Source: Callorhinchus milii
Taxonomy: Eukaryota
Reading direction: 5' to 3'
NCBI RefSeq assembly: GCF_018977255.1
Contig: NW_024704743.1
Coordinates: 113,462,001-113,526,000 of the forward strand
DNA: 64,000 bases
Shown: in pieces, positions 63,798-64,000 of the stretch
Layout of the letters: every line of letters begins with the position of its first letter
Position numbering within the stretch: the stretch's first letter is position 1
Notes under the pieces: generated by a model
The model's input: only the letters and a program-made list of their open reading frames with translations
Told to the model about the DNA's origin: nothing
Database searches by the model: none
Made by a program: the position numbers and the translations under genes

Positions 63798-64000
63798 ATA
63801 ATTATTATCCTTGCATTTGATATAGCATCTCATCACATCTTCGAGGAGTCTCAATGAGTTTCACAGAATATAGTGTAAAGTGAATTGACTGTATATTTTG
63901 TGGGCGAGACGCAGCAACCAATTGCACACAGCAGTGTCCCACAAACAGTCTTGGACTGAAGTGACCAATTTATTATTATTTATTGATTTTTTTTGAGGGA
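63798..64000 (-). mobile_element. Young SINE 3' portion, continues beyond the window
   Basis: Reverse complement of the shared SINE tail. Confidence 0.88.

Overview
Vertebrate genomic DNA. The repeat content (DeuSINE-type SINEs, L2 elements with (TTG)n tails, shark-type CR1 tails) suggests a cartilaginous fish, plausibly a chimaera; this is an inference. There are two genes, both on the + strand. One is the last five coding exons of the ion channel TRPA1 (105-5785: pore helix, S6, TRP-like helix, coiled coil). The other is the complete two-exon bHLH gene musculin, MSC (52760-53236 + 55889-55975, 187 aa). They lie in the same order as in mammals. The ~47 kb between them is dense with decayed retroelements: a young tRNA-headed SINE in two length variants, old DeuSINE-like and LF-SINE-like copies, L2 and CR1 fragments, one near-full-length L2, and one L2 with an inverted duplication. 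I found no convincing new multi-gene system. The most notable details are a small Penelope-type insert that starts at a decayed minimal hammerhead ribozyme, a GC-AG intron and an apparently truncated C-terminal tail in TRPA1, an Arg-Gly/Arg-Ala repeat expansion in MSC, and several complex retrotransposition junctions. Repeat family names and ortholog comparisons come from recalled sequences, not database searches, and repeat boundaries are approximate.
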